A stretch of DNA of 61,971 nt, filler included, from Choristocarpus tenellus KU-1152 (Eukaryota; Protista; Phaeophyceae), in NCBI GenBank assembly GCA_964200185.2. It is 10 parts of 10 records of this genome, joined end to end, with 100 filler letters (N's around TTAATTAATTAA, not from the genome) between each part and the next. Parts side by side here need not be neighbours in the genome. Positions count along the whole stretch, not along the records: positions 13,808 to 26,283 come from CAXNAD020001820.1; positions 26,384 to 30,671 come from CAXNAD020015278.1; positions 30,772 to 45,339 come from CAXNAD020001160.1; 7 more parts are not named here. One strand, written 5' to 3'. Every line of letters begins with the position of its first letter. Positions within the stretch are counted from its first letter, which is position 1. The translations under genes and the position numbers were made by a program. This document shows, in pieces, positions 24,766-38,360 of the stretch. A model generated the notes under the pieces. That model saw only the letters and a list, made by a program, of their open reading frames with translations. It was not told where the DNA came from and did no database searches.

Positions 24766-25039
24766 GGTTGCCCAACATGTTAATTGACGGTCAGCATATC
24801 GAATAAAAGCTCTTGATCTAAGCTATCGATATCCGAAAAGAAATTCTTCGACAAAATTATTTTGGTAATGTTAAATTTTAACCGAATATTTTGGGACAAC
24901 CTTGAAAACATTTTGGAATAAAAAATATCACGACCAAAAATATTTTTTGTCGAAGAATTTCTCTGCGGAAATCGATAGATTTATTAGATCGAGCGCTTTC
25001 ATTCGATATGCCGATCGTCGACTAACTCGTTGGGCAACC
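24766..25039. mobile_element. Foldback (near-palindromic) non-autonomous element
   Basis: Inverted arms of ~100 bp: GGTTGCCCAAC...GCATATCGAAT...AAATTCTTCGACAAAA / TTTTGTCGAAGAATTT...ATTCGATATGC...GTTGGGCAACC. Confidence 0.8.
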
Positions 25040-25399
25040 CTTTAAAAAAAAATCAAGATTAGTAACCGCCAAAACGGTACGTGGGCGGGCCTCGGCTTAA
25101 TACTGTTTAAACCACTCACAGGACACTGTGACTTCCAATGAGCTACGAGTTGTTACCTGATGGCGTTTACGTTGTAGTGCGGTCACTCCCTGTTGGATTT
25201 GAGTTCGTTCAGTGCCGCTGGGAGGCCAGGAGCAAGGAATATCAGTCGAGGATTTCCGTTCGTCCACAAGGCGAGAAGGGGGAGGTCGTGGAGTGCTGCA
25301 GCTGGACGTTCAAACCAACGAAACACAGGCATAGTTGCGACCTGGATGGTGAGCACTAGGCTGTTAGAACAAAACAGGCCTCCCCAAGGAGTATGTTGA

Positions 25400-25871
25400 A
25401 CAGGTTAAGGGGATGAGACAGATTTTACAAGAGAGAGGTTTGTTTATCCCAGGGATGACCAAGGACGGGGGCAAGGACAGCAATAAGAGCATGACCGTGG
25501 CATATGTTATTGGGGAGCAGCCGGATTTCAAGGTGGTAGAACGGAGTCTTAACATTTTGTTTGAGCGTCTTGGAGGACACTGCTTGATGCCTCCAAAGTA
25601 CCACTGTGAATTGAACCCGATAAAGATTATCTGGGGGCAGTCGAAGCACTATTTTCGAGGCTGCTGTGATTACACGTTGCCTGGAATGAGAGCCAACATT
25701 CCTGCCAGTCTTACGGAGGAAGGGGGGCAGTCCAGAGTAATTGTGGAGAGGTTCTTTAGGATGAGCATTGCTTACCACCTGATACATTCCAAGGAGAAAG
25801 GCATGGAGTGCACCAAATTCGACAGGGTGCACAAGACATTTAAGTCTCACAGCAGGACTGCACCTTCATAA
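25400..25871 (+). pseudogene. IS630/Tc1/mariner-type DDE transposase C-terminal remnant
   Basis: KGMRQILQERGL and PKYHCELNPIKIIWGQSKHYFRGCCDYT (family pattern PKFHCELNPIE..W); the catalytic E reads K and the N-terminus is missing. Confidence 0.8.
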
Positions 25872-28637
25872 TACCTAATTTGACTTGGCATGGATTGTCT
25901 GGTTCAGAGGTTGGGGCCCCCATGAGCGAGCCTTAGTCAGCAGGTGACAACATCGCATAAACGGGAAATAATGTAAAGAGAATGGAGAGACGACAATACG
26001 CATGTTCTCCAGATGAAGATGGCCTCTTCTGGCGTCAAAATCGTTCTTAAATGCGACGTTCGCGCGCACCGCATTTCACCCCGCGCGCGGACTACTTGAT
26101 TTAAGTATGGTCCTGTATTTCTCACGATTACTCTAAGTTGACCAACCGAGACCCATCAAATAAGGTCAACCATGCTGATGCGATTACAACAAACGAATTT
26201 TCGTGAAAAAATATGTTGTTGATCGAAGGTTATGGCACGACAAAGGGTCAAAGTATCTTGGGGGGGGGGGTGGTTTGTGAGGGNNNNNNNNNNNNNNNNN
26301 NNNNNNNNNNNNNNNNNNNNNNNNNNNTTAATTAATTAANNNNNNNNNNNNNNNNNNNNNNNNNNNNNNNNNNNNNNNNNNNNTGAAGGGGGGGTGGTGG
26401 GGGAGGCAGCAAGAACCGATATTAAAAAAAAGAAAAGGTGGTTAACGTTTAACAATGTCCTTGCACATCGTTTGATGCACCTTGCTACAAAGTATTTAAA
26501 TAAAAAAACCCCTATAAAGTGAACAAATATATATATTAACAAAAGAGAGGGACGTGTGAGTAAGACTTACAGGGGGCACTAAACAAAAAGACAACACAAT
26601 AATAATAATAATAGTATAAAAAATAATAAGAGTGGTGATGATAGAGTACAGTAGTATTACTAGCATCGTGGATAAGGCTAAGTAAGAGGGTATTGGATAC
26701 CCCTTGCCTTGCACCTCAGTCAATTCACCCGTTTGTGTGTCAGTCTACACTCCATCATTCTATCCATCGTTCTATCAATCAATCAATCGCACTCAATCTC
26801 TACGAATTGCATCATATCATATCATATCATATCATATCATATCGGTATGAATATTAATTTCAAAAAATAATAATAATCAGAATGCTTTCGCAGAACCTAA
26901 CCCTAACCCTATCAATACATAAACTACAATACAACTCCTAGAGAGTACAGACAGGTACCAATACATAAAAATTCAGATTAAGCACACTGTTGTTCTTAGC
27001 CCACTATAATATCACATACTATCAATATAATAATAATATGTAATAATAATAATATGTATGTATATATAGCTTAGTTCATCTCAACTAAACTATGTCACCT
27101 ATAATACTGACCTTTACAACCTCTACCATCTTGGATAAGTACTGTAATATACCATCACCTGTGCAACTTGCAAGCGTAGGCATCCTACAGGCCTTAGTCA
27201 ACTGAGGGAGTTGAAACAGATTGGAAAGGAAAGGAAAACACTCACCTCATGTGCCATCCTTGGCCATTGCCACACCAGAGGGATTTGAAACATATCCTTT
27301 TTAGTTTTTTCCGGTTATCCAGGAAAAAACAAACGAAAAAAACCCAAAAAACACACACACACAATGATGATAAAGGTCAACAGACATCAAAAGACACACG
27401 CAATATATATATATTTACATGTGGAATTATCTTCAACATTATACATATAATATAATATATATATATATATGTATAGGTGCTCTTCTTTTATTTTTTATTT
27501 TTTATCGATTCTGTTCTGTTCTGTTCTGTTCCATTCCAATACATTCCACTCCAGATCATTGTCGGGTTGAGGTTAGGGTTAGGGCAATGGGTGGGAACAG
27601 TAACCTACGCAGAGGACCTCAACGAGCACAAATCGATTTCAAAAACTGACTTTTGATATAAAAAAACAAAACAAAAAACATAATTGTTTAAAAAAAAAAG
27701 AACATGTCGAAAGGCTCACGCAGACTTCGCAGACTTCAGTCACCCATCTCCAATCCATCTAAGGGACACACACACACACGCACACACACACACACAACAC
27801 ACATAAGACACACACACACATCGGGAAGGAGTCGTCTGTGGTACTGGTACTGGTACAGTACACAAGCCGGACAACAGGATGAGAAAAATGTTCTGATTCC
27901 CCCACACAACAACCACATCACAAAAAATAAAAATAAAAAGTTGGTAAAATCATCAACGGGATGGCTGCTGCAATTGCACAGAAGTACAATGCACGTAAGA
28001 ATACACACACACACATAACACACACGTAACACATGCCTACATGCATGTATCCTCTCCCACTGATAGACAATACTCCGTGAGAAAAAAGGGTGGCATTCAC
28101 TACTTCAAAAGAGGGCATCACAAGAACGGATTGTAGGTTCGAGTCATCATGGGAGGTCAACATCAAGACACAGCAGAAGAAGATTACAATTCTCCTTCCC
28201 CTCCCCCTCCAGAAAAAAAAGAGAAAGAACGGCTACGGTCATTGTTCTTGGTACACGTGCTTATCTGAATCATTTCCGTCATAAAGATGGAACCATTAAT
28301 ACTAATTCAATAAACAAATAAAGATGAGATAATTCCAAAAATGCAACGCTCTAGATCCCCTACAACACACACTAAATTTAGATATTTTTTTGACAAGGAC
28401 AACCCCATCTTGGGGGAGGCATCCCTTGGGGGTGAACAGGTGAATCCAATCCCCTCCACCACGACTGTAACTCCAGAGTGTGGCACACTTGATATCAATA
28501 GTCACCAGAAACAAGCAAAAATGTTGGATGACTGGTAAGCCGACACACATGACAGACACAGGGTACTCCACAAAGGATCACGCCAATTACTATAGCAATC
28601 CCTTCAAACACAGAAACACTTGCCATTACACGTTTTC

Positions 28638-28906
28638 AACACCTGAGGATATACCATCCTTGCACTATATAACACTTGAGGCTATACCATCCTTCCATTA
28701 TATAACACTTGAGGCTATACCATCCTTCCACTATATAACACTTGAGGCTATACCATCCTTCTACTATATAACACTTGAGGCTATACCATCCTTCTACTAT
28801 ATAACACTTGAGGCTATACCATCCTTCTACTATATAACACTTGAGGCTATACCATCCTTCCACTATATAACACTTGAGGCTATACCATCCTTCCACTATA
28901 TAACAC
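28638..28906. repeat. 33-bp minisatellite, 8 units
   Basis: AACACTTGAGGCTATACCATCCTTC(C/T)ACTATAT head-to-tail with no spacers. Confidence 0.97.
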
Positions 28907-29039
28907 CACCACGGGACGTACATGAGAATAGTGGGAAGGCGTGACCCAAAGGTGTGACTCAAAGAATCTCAGAACTGAACACACAACATGTTCTTACTTA
29001 TAAAAATAAATGCAATAAAAAATATATTACTAGTACTAT

Positions 29040-29077
<38 letters not shown>

Positions 29078-29139
29078 GTACCAGTAGTACGGCATTGAGT
29101 CCCAGTCCTGAATCAAGTATTCAATAATGCCTAACTGAC

Positions 29140-30504
29140 CTGCGTGCTCAATTCAAAGTCCGCGGGCTTCATTCTGTGAGGAAATGCATTGCCGCTTGTG
29201 AGACCTTCCTTGTGAGGAACAATCCCCAAAAAGTACCTGAGTTAGGCAGTTAGGTCAAAGACAAAAGATGGTCACATCAACAGCATTGTCCATGAGTCGG
29301 GGCATCGAATCACCACCTCCCCGCATCACTAATCACCACCCAGAGGAGAACAAACTAGAACCCTAACCCTACCCCACACACCGAGTTCTAGCAAAAAAAA
29401 AAAATGAACAAAAAAAAACCGAAACCGTTTTTTCCTGTACAAAAAGAGAGGATCAGACTGGCTCTATTCCTGGGTTTCTTGTGTACCGAAAAACTGTCAA
29501 CACAACTGAAAATACATATTTTTTGAGATTATTGGAGATGGATTACACAGGAGGCAACTGACTACCGTAGCTGTACTCACATAGGACAGTGAACTGTTTC
29601 AGCCCAAGGTCGAGACAAGCACACTATACCACATAGAAAAAAATAAATAAAAAATAAACCAGGGTATGGAGAGGGTGTGGGCAGAGGGCTCACTTCACAT
29701 TGCAGCATCCACACAGTTGTGACTGTTTAATAGCGCGCGCACCCAATCAGGAGTAGTCTCATTATTTCTACACCGATACCATTGGTCGAACACTCCGAAG
29801 AACTAAAAAGGATTCAGGTGTAGAAAATAGCAATTGAAGTGTTAACAGGAACACAATGATGATAGTGTCAGAGACAGGTGTGCCTCCCCACCCTTTTGGG
29901 ATCCCCTGACACTGGTGAGAAAAATGCACACAGTGAAACAGACATTCTCGTGCACCACCTTTTGTCATTGACGCCTGTCAAGGTGATGTGGGGTGGGTCA
30001 GATGCACGAACGGCCCACAGTAACCCCGACACGAACGGTAAATTCAAACCAGCAAAGCCCGAGATTCGTATTTTCTGTTCTGACTGGTCGCAACCAATCA
30101 CATTGGAGATCAACTTACACCCTTCACTCTGGGGCCGTCCACACACCCTCAGCATGCCCTCAGTCTCATCTCTCACCTCCTTTCTAACCTCATCTCTGGT
30201 GGTTCTCATCACACCCCCCATCACACAGAACCAGGTCCCATAACAACAATAATATTAAAAAGAGAAAAATATTAATTAACAACGTAAGGAACGGAGAGTT
30301 GAAACAAAGTTTTACAGCACTAAAACAAACAAAAAATCACCCGACACAGAAAGCACATGGGCAACAAACAACCTTCTAAACAAAAACAGTCCATCATTCA
30401 TTCCAACACCCATCAATCACAACAAGACTCTCCTCACCTAGCCACTGGATGGCTTAGCACCATGGTCCTTGTAGGCAGGCAGTAGATGAGTTGCAAGCAT
30501 CGAA
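29140..30504 (-). CDS. Short exons of an unidentified gene
   Basis: AG/GT-bounded segments at ~30438-30504, ~29581-29623 and 29140-29236; the last two join in frame as CLSRPWAETVHCPMYFLGIVPHKEGLTSGNAFPHRMKPADFELSTQ. Confidence 0.4.
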
Positions 30505-30859
30505 CCTGCGAGCAACGCACGCAAGCCAAAAGAAACATAAACAGCATCACCATAATGCACATCCCAAGGATGAAGGGGGGGGGGGGGGGGGGGGAAAAAA
30601 AAAAAAAAAAAAAAAAGGTTTTTGGGGGGTGGGGAAGAAAAAGGTGTGGAAAAAAAGGGGTTTCTCCTTTCNNNNNNNNNNNNNNNNNNNNNNNNNNNNN
30701 NNNNNNNNNNNNNNNTTAATTAATTAANNNNNNNNNNNNNNNNNNNNNNNNNNNNNNNNNNNNNNNNNNNNATGGGAGGTGCTTTCTTCCCTCTTTCTCC
30801 CCGGCGGGTTTGGGCCCTCATTCACATCTTACCCCCCCCCCCCCCCCCCCCACGCTTGT

Positions 30860-32011
30860 GAGCATACAATAGCTGCTTTACGATGCAAACAACAAGGGGG
30901 AATGAGCTTGAGCGTCCTCCTCAGGTCATCATTACCAGGTAACCAGCAGCACACAAGCTTGGGGATAGGAGCAGCAGCAGCAGGAGGGTGTGATTGTGCC
31001 CAGGGACGGAAAACAAAACAGAGGCGTTGACACGGGGACCCATAACGCATTCCTCACCCCAAATCCATTTTTTTAAAACGAGATTACAACCACAGGTGGT
31101 GTGTAGAACCTAATGCCTTTTTGGTCTTACGACTGTTACTCCCATGGTGCTTCCGATGGCGATGTGGACAGTAGCATGTAGGGGGGCTTACAAAGAGCAA
31201 TCCAATTCAAACGAATTCAAACAAATTCAAATGAATTCAAATGAATTCAAACAAATTCAAACAAATTCAAACCGAAGTACAAGCTGCTGTGGTACTTCCA
31301 AAGGAACACTACCTTGTGTTTTATAATATGCCAACAAACACACACACCAATATATATATATTTATATATTTATATTTATATATATTTTAACTCGTCGGGC
31401 AAGTGAACGGTTTTTAATTTATAATACCAAGGACTTTAAAAAAAAGAGGAAAAAAGGATACCTCATTTTCAAAAACGTGAACAAGTTGCGCCACCAAGGG
31501 AGGGGGTCATCGTCTTCCATTAAACTGACTGCAACCCTCTACACACCGAACAAGACACACACACACACACACAACACACACACACACAACACACACACAC
31601 ACACACATACACCCTACGGGGGCTAGACTATTCATACACTATAACACTAAGCATAACGATTTTTGTTTAATCTGTGCCAAATTGCACAGCATACCGCGCC
31701 AGCAAGTCAAGAGTCGACAACCAACACAGCCGCAGGCATCATACTATTGCAAAGATCACACACGGGAGGGAGGGTTTTGTCCGAGGCAAGTGTCTGCAAG
31801 GGATCGGACTGGAGGCGCTTAGTCCTGCAAGGTCCACAGCAAACTACGGTACCGGTTCTGCAGTTCTCGCCAGTGGTACTTTCGAAAAGCAAAGATCGAT
31901 CGGGAAACACGAAGGATAATAACTTCTTTTTTTTGTTATTTGCAGACAATATTCACCGGCTCTAAAATGTATCGTTTTTTTTTTTCTTCTACCTAACTCA
32001 TCCAAAAAGAG

Positions 32012-32046
<35 letters not shown>

Positions 32047-34242
32047 AAACATTTCTTCAAGAGACTACTGCACTCGTCTTGCTTTTTTGTCCCTGAAGAA
32101 GACGACAAAAAAAATAAATAAATAAATAAATAAATAAATAACGTCGTATCGTTTCGCACTCGTGTCTCACACGCGCCTGCCTCCACCAATGACACACGCC
32201 TTAAGGAGAGGAACGGGCAAAGACGTATGTACATTACATCGCAAGCAGTGCCGACAAAGAGATGTGACAACGATGGATGACACATGTCTCACACTTCAAA
32301 CCGTTTGTGCATGACTGAGTTGGATTTCTCGCAGCCCTTGCTGCGATTGCATTTTACCTCTCAAGAGAGAGAGGGAGAGGGAGAGAGAGAGAGAGAAAGA
32401 AAGAGAGAGAGATAAAAAAAGAGCTCACACCCCATCCAGCCTTCAACCTCAATACAACGACAAACGCCTTCCAGATGAATGTACCGTGAAAGATCCCAAC
32501 ACAATGGCACAGCATATAAGCAATCCACAAACACACGGGGAACTAAACTCTCACCGCATTTCCTTGACTAGTTGCATCAGAAGCCCCAAAATTGCCACCC
32601 CCAAACTCCTTGAGCATAGCCTGCCTCCTTAATTCCCACGACACCCCTGCCACAATCAATCTCCCAGCTGTGCCATCTGCCTTACTTCCCCTACTCTGTT
32701 GCAAGTTTTCACCCCTCCTTGAAGATGCACTCTGCCCACCAAAGGTGCCTGAAACTTGGCTTATTCCCCGTCCGCTAGGTGCCCCAGCAGTCGCCACTCG
32801 GTCTGGGCCACGGGGTCGGGTTGCTGCCATGGCAGGGGGATCTTCGTGAAATTCTCCTGTAAGGAGAACACGACGGTTCTGGGGTGAGCGATCTTCACCG
32901 TCTCAAAAAAGCGTTTGGAACAAGATAGGGAGGGGATAATAAAATATTTGCCATACATGAAACTGCATGGTGACCTAGATCTTTAGTGGTTCCATCCTTG
33001 CTTGTTACAGGTGGACGGTTCCTTCAACACGAGCGTGTAGCAAACAAATTAAGAAGTAAATTGGTGTGAAGCACAGAACCCAAAAAGTAACATTGTGGGA
33101 GAGGTTTGGGGGGAAAGAAATAGCGAAAAAATATGACATTCCCATGGTAGTCACCCTGGCGAGACAGGTTTGTGGCAACGACGTGCTCCTCCATAATCAG
33201 GGACAGTGGGTCGTCCGATAGCCCAGGCACTGCAACCTGCACCTGTGAGTTGAGGGAGAGCATGATCAAAATCCTAAACGGCGTAATTGGTACTAATACA
33301 ATGATATTTTCAATCTCCAAGTCGGATCTCCATGTTGATGAGGTCAACGCAAAAGCTGGCAATCAGGAGGGTGACTAAAATATTGGGTGGAATGAAAAGG
33401 CAGGATCCCGATCAAATGAAGATTGACGTTGACCTTCTAAGGCACAGTAATACCAGACCAGAGCAAACAGGAGTAGGAAATGATTACGTCGCAAGGTGAG
33501 GTGGGGTCAAGATACAGGTAGGACGAAGAAAAAATGTCCTGTCAACCACAGTCTACAGTACCATAGTGTGGGAGACCAGAGAGATCACTAATCAATTGAC
33601 TGTTTACATCCAAGGGTGTTCATCAGAATCTTGTGCCGGAGGAGATAAAGGATTCCCGGTAGTCTCCCCTCCGACTCAACCTAGGGAGCGAAATTGACAC
33701 AGTTCCATTATTCATTCTCCAATTACTCAAATATAGGTTTGAGCCCTTGCAACTAGTTGCGGTAGGTGCACAACTTCCGTTCCATCATCCTGGTAGTTAA
33801 CCTGTGCGGGGATGACATTTCCATAGCGTCGCTCCTTTCGTCCACGTCCGGTATGAGCTGTCACGAATGCCAGCGACTGTTGCGGAAAGAGGTCGTTGCT
33901 CCCATCATCGTACGTAGATTGCAACAAGCCTCTTGAACTTGGTGGACTCTGGTTAGTCAATTCATTATTGCCTTTGAGGCGTGCCTGCTCAAGTGGATAC
34001 GAAGAGGCTATTCCCTCACGAGGAAGCTGCGAACACTCCCTCTCTGTCTCTAGGTTTCTGAGTAGAGGTTCCCTGGGCAAGCAAGGAGTATACAAAGATG
34101 AAGATATTTTCAGAATGTGTGAAAATGACACTTGAAGGTCTCGAACAAATGAGGCAGTATCATCAGACTCTCTTACCATGCAACAGGTTTCCTCAATAGC
34201 TTCATGCCGTCGTTGCCTGATCCAGATATTCAGAAAGTGCAA
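30860..34242 (-). CDS. Unidentified multi-exon gene divergent from the methyltransferase
   Basis: Exon-like segments with splice signals near 33800-34240, 33150-33237, 32555-32860 and 31462-31525 (LMEDDDPLPWWRNLFTFLKM); full structure not resolved. Confidence 0.4.
31204..31272. repeat. 10-bp tandem repeat, 7 units
   Basis: AATTCAAA(C/T)(G/A) repeated. Confidence 0.9.
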
Positions 34243-34492
34243 TCAACCTCTAAATCTGAAGGTAATTTTGCGGACTCCCTCCTTGTGTTGATTGTATAAT
34301 ACTACAAATAAGTGAAGTATAAAGTGTCCCCAAAAGAACCAAATTTTGAGTTTTCTACACCAACACCTCAATATGCTACATCCCTATGATGTTGTGAGGA
34401 CCAAGCATGAACATTAATCAACCACATACAGAACATTGACTACAAGTGGAAGTACGGGGTTGCCGTCCTTGGTGTCCTGGCTGTCGCCGAGC

Positions 34493-36638
34493 ATGCCTAT
34501 CCATTCGTGCTGGATTCAATCGCAAGGGTTAAGACTGGCGATTGCAGTGACAGCATTAGCCAGTATCGTGGGGCAAGGGGAAGGACTTCACCCTATGAAT
34601 CCTCTAGCGGGATGTGCCAGAACTATGTCAGTCCGATCTCGTTGGCTGACACATCCTAGGTCCTTTGTTTTACTGATCTCCCCTGCTGACATTGGTGGAG
34701 GAAAAGGACACTATCCTGGTGTCGCGTTGGGAGCCATGGGTCGGAGGCGAGGATCATCTGATGGGGAATTTGGTCAGGGAGTAAGACATGGGACGAGTGG
34801 AAGGGGAAGGGGCGAGGGTGGGCCATCCCACAGACGGGATAGTTATGATGGAAGACGGAGTAGTGGTGGACGTACCCGGAGAGATGGCATCATTCCCAGT
34901 GGCCAAGGTGGAGGTTTCCGGAGAGGGGAAGGTAGTGTTGGTGGTCAAAGTCGGAAGGGGGGGGTCTACGGCGGGAGACGGGAAACATTCGAAACTCGAA
35001 GAAACGTTGATGACAGTGGTCGGGTTCATAGGGAATCATCCAATGGTCGAGGGGGTAGAGGAACTTACCGGGGCGAGAGGAAGTTCGTCGGCAGTGGTCG
35101 TAGTAGTGATGGAAGGGGGAGGAAAAGTGGACGGGGTGGTGCGTATGCGGGAGACGTGTCAAGGTTTGACTCGGGACAGCGCGCTGGTACTCTTGGTGGA
35201 GCGCGCCGCTCCTCTTCAAGAGAATGGAGCACTGAAGGCAATGATGATCATTCCTTCAAAAATAATATGGACTACGATTATGACTCTTCTCTCAGCCTTG
35301 GTGACGAGGCCGAGGGAGAAGAGATCGACCCAATGTACAAGCCGGCTTCTGGTTGGATGAAAGATGAGCTTTGTGAGTGTCACTCCTCACTCGCCATTCC
35401 TCATCAAATTCTTCAATAATCCATGGCTCAATGGCTATCAAATATCCATTTTTCGGACCCTCTTCTCCGATAGGCTGTGAAGCCCGTCACTCATGCAAAC
35501 AAATTTTGCCTCACCTGCACTCCCCCCCTGCCACCAGCAACCTTCCAGGGTCAGTCATCGGCAGAGGAACAGTTGGAGGAGGTGAACTCAAATGTTGACA
35601 ACGTCTATGGCATCAACCCTGTGCTCAATGCCCTTCAGAGCAACCGTCGTGAGGTGCTGATGCTGTATGTCCAGGATGGTCTAAACCCAGCCAACAAGAA
35701 GGATAGAGCTGCAGCAGATCAAATACATGACATTGTGCGGGAGAATGATATCACGTAAGCACTCTTGTCCCTGCATACCCTTGTACAGACATTTCTTAAA
35801 CCTCAGCTAAATTGGAGCCCTTTAATAACTGTTAAGACTGTGCAGTTCTCAGTCAAATGCCCCCCCTCACCCTTCAAGAGGATGAACCCAAGACATATTT
35901 TGTGGGTTGAATTCCTAAATGATGAAGTTTCCTTCTCACAGAGTTATTTTTTGCTTTTTCCCATTTCACAGGACCACGATCATGGACAAGGGCTATCTGA
36001 ACACCCTCTGTGGTAATAGGCCCCACCAGGGATTTGTTCTCAAAGCAAAACCGCTCACCTTTGAGCCCATCATCTGCCTCGATGGTCCAGAGGAAGGGGA
36101 TATCGCTGAGGGGACATCAGGGGAAAGTGTGGGAACTGACTCAAGGGCAGAGCAGGTGTGGCTGGCCCTGGATGAGGTGACAGACCCACAAAACTTTGGT
36201 GCGCTGCTCAGGTCTGCTCACTTTTTTGGGGCAACAGGAGTGGTGGTATGCTCAAAAAATTCGGCGTCGCTCACTGCCACGGTAAGCAAGGCAAGTGCAG
36301 GAGCAATGGAGACAATGACAGTGCACTCTACCAAAAATATGATGCGCTTTCTGAAGAGTAGTCGAGAGAATGGTTGGCGCATCATTGGTACAGCCATCAG
36401 TGAGCGTTCAACAGCACTTGAGGAAATAGAGCCCCGGGCGGCGCCAACAATAGTTGTCCTTGGTAATGAGGGTTATGGATTGAGGACAAATGTTGTTCGG
36501 GAATGTGATGTGTTGGTAGAGATCGAGAAGTTCTCCAGTCCTGGAGCTACTTCATCCACGGTAGACTCGCTCAATGTCAGTGTCACTGGTGGAGTTATGC
36601 TCTTCCATCTTTTGTCAGGCAAGGCAAGATCGCCATAG
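34493..36638 (+). CDS. MRM1: SpoU-family organellar rRNA 2'-O-methyltransferase, MRM1/RlmB-like (exons 34493-35372, 35538-35754, 35972-36638)
   Basis: Phase-compatible splices; VYGINPV, HQG, LALDEVTDPQNFGALLRSAHFFG, VSKASAGAME, VLGNEGYGL, VDSLNVSV. Start codon uncertain. Confidence 0.9.
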
Positions 36639-38360
36639 ACCTGACCATTGGGTGTACTGTGGTATCTGCACCTTACGCACCCTTCACAGATCACCCCCAA
36701 AGAGACGGTAAATTCTGTCTCATGTAATGTTGTGGATTGTACTTGGTAGATCCCTAAATGTATCTCACACACTTTTGGGTGTTCATCAATTTCCTTTTAT
36801 TGATCTATAATGAAAGCATTGTCCAAGAGGGAAATGATACGTACTTTCTCGTTATAACCTGACCAAGGTACAGATCTCAAAGGGTTACACATTACTTCAT
36901 AGCTCTTGAGGATGGAGTTTCACTTGCCTGTGGGAAGATGGTAAATAGTGTAGGTGCAATGATATTTATAATAGTGTGGTGACAAAAGGTTAGGTACTCC
37001 TAAGCATCTGCTCTTTTACTTGATGCAAGATTTTAGATTTTGATTAGCATCAAACTACAGACATTTTCACTTTCTCAATGTGGTTCCAGTTGAAAATAGA
37101 GCAACTGCCATCTTGCCGGTGTTCTGCATGGTGCTAGCATGGGGATCACTTTGGCATACCAACTCAAAGTGCGTCCATAGTCGAGCAGACTATTAATTAG
37201 TGATTGTGAAACCTTTGCATCATTGACACTTGACAGGTTCTTGTATTTCCACAGACTTAACAAGATAACTTTACCGCCTCATCATTTCATAACCTTATCA
37301 TACACAACATCCCACTCTTCAACCCAACCTTCCTACAAATATAGTTATCGTTCACTGACATGCTATATTCTCAAGTCCATCCACTACTCTCAACTCTTGT
37401 TCCCAGCTTGAGCACTGTCTGTCAACTCAATTTCCTGTGAGTTTGACTATGGGTACTATGAGGGCAATAAATTACTGACCAATTTTGGATTGCACATTAT
37501 GTCTTCAAGAATTATCTTCTCATCTTAAACATAGCAGGAGGGCAAGGAGGTCAAATGAACATTATCAACCTCCACCCGTTAATGCTACCACATACTCATT
37601 AAGTGCGCACTGAACTTTGTTATTATACCTGTTCTTCACTTTGTAGATGGATTGGCAAGCTTTGATACTCTTAACTGTTTCTCACTTGATAGATGGATTG
37701 GAAAAATAACCTCACATTAGTATGCTTTTCAGCAAACAAAGAGTCTACATCTCCTTGTACACCATAACTCGGTCACCATTGACCTACTCTTTGATACTGT
37801 TGCTGTAGTTCTTCAACACTAAACCAGAGTGAAATTGATCAAGCAGAGTAAAAAGGTGCTTGCCACTTCAGAAGAGTTTAACTACCTCTTCTATGATGCT
37901 CGGAAGTAGTAAATCAAGCCTGCAAATATTTTGCTGGATGCTACAATACAGTTCTATATCAACGCTTGATTGGCATTAGGTGACATGGAGGGACGTGTTG
38001 CACACAAGGGAGAGGAATAAAGAAAAACCTAAATACATACATCAGCTGGAGTAACAACAGATGCCATGCACTGCAACATTCACCTCTCACAAGAGCAGCA
38101 CTACCTCTAGTGGCAAGAGGAAAGTGAGAAGGAGTAAACCCTTTGCTCCGGTGTTCTCATTAAAAGAAAAAAAAAGAAACTTGTTGTGCTCTCAATAAAA
38201 GAGTGTTCCATGTCAGGCCACGGATGCAACACAGATTCGATCGCAGCAACTGTATCCTTCCAGAAAGGGTGCAGTGCACACCTCAAGCACTGTCGAATAC
38301 TTCCTGCGATAGTCCTAAGTCATAAATCTTATGTGCAGCAACCAGGTGCCTGATGCATCA

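Noticed and set aside
25413-25871. Active transposase driving the MITEs
   Set aside because: Truncated, catalytic Glu reads Lys, and Tc1/IS630 elements make TA TSDs, not the 3-bp TSDs seen.
28638-28906. CRISPR array
   Set aside because: Repeats are contiguous with no unique spacers, there are no cas genes and the context is eukaryotic.
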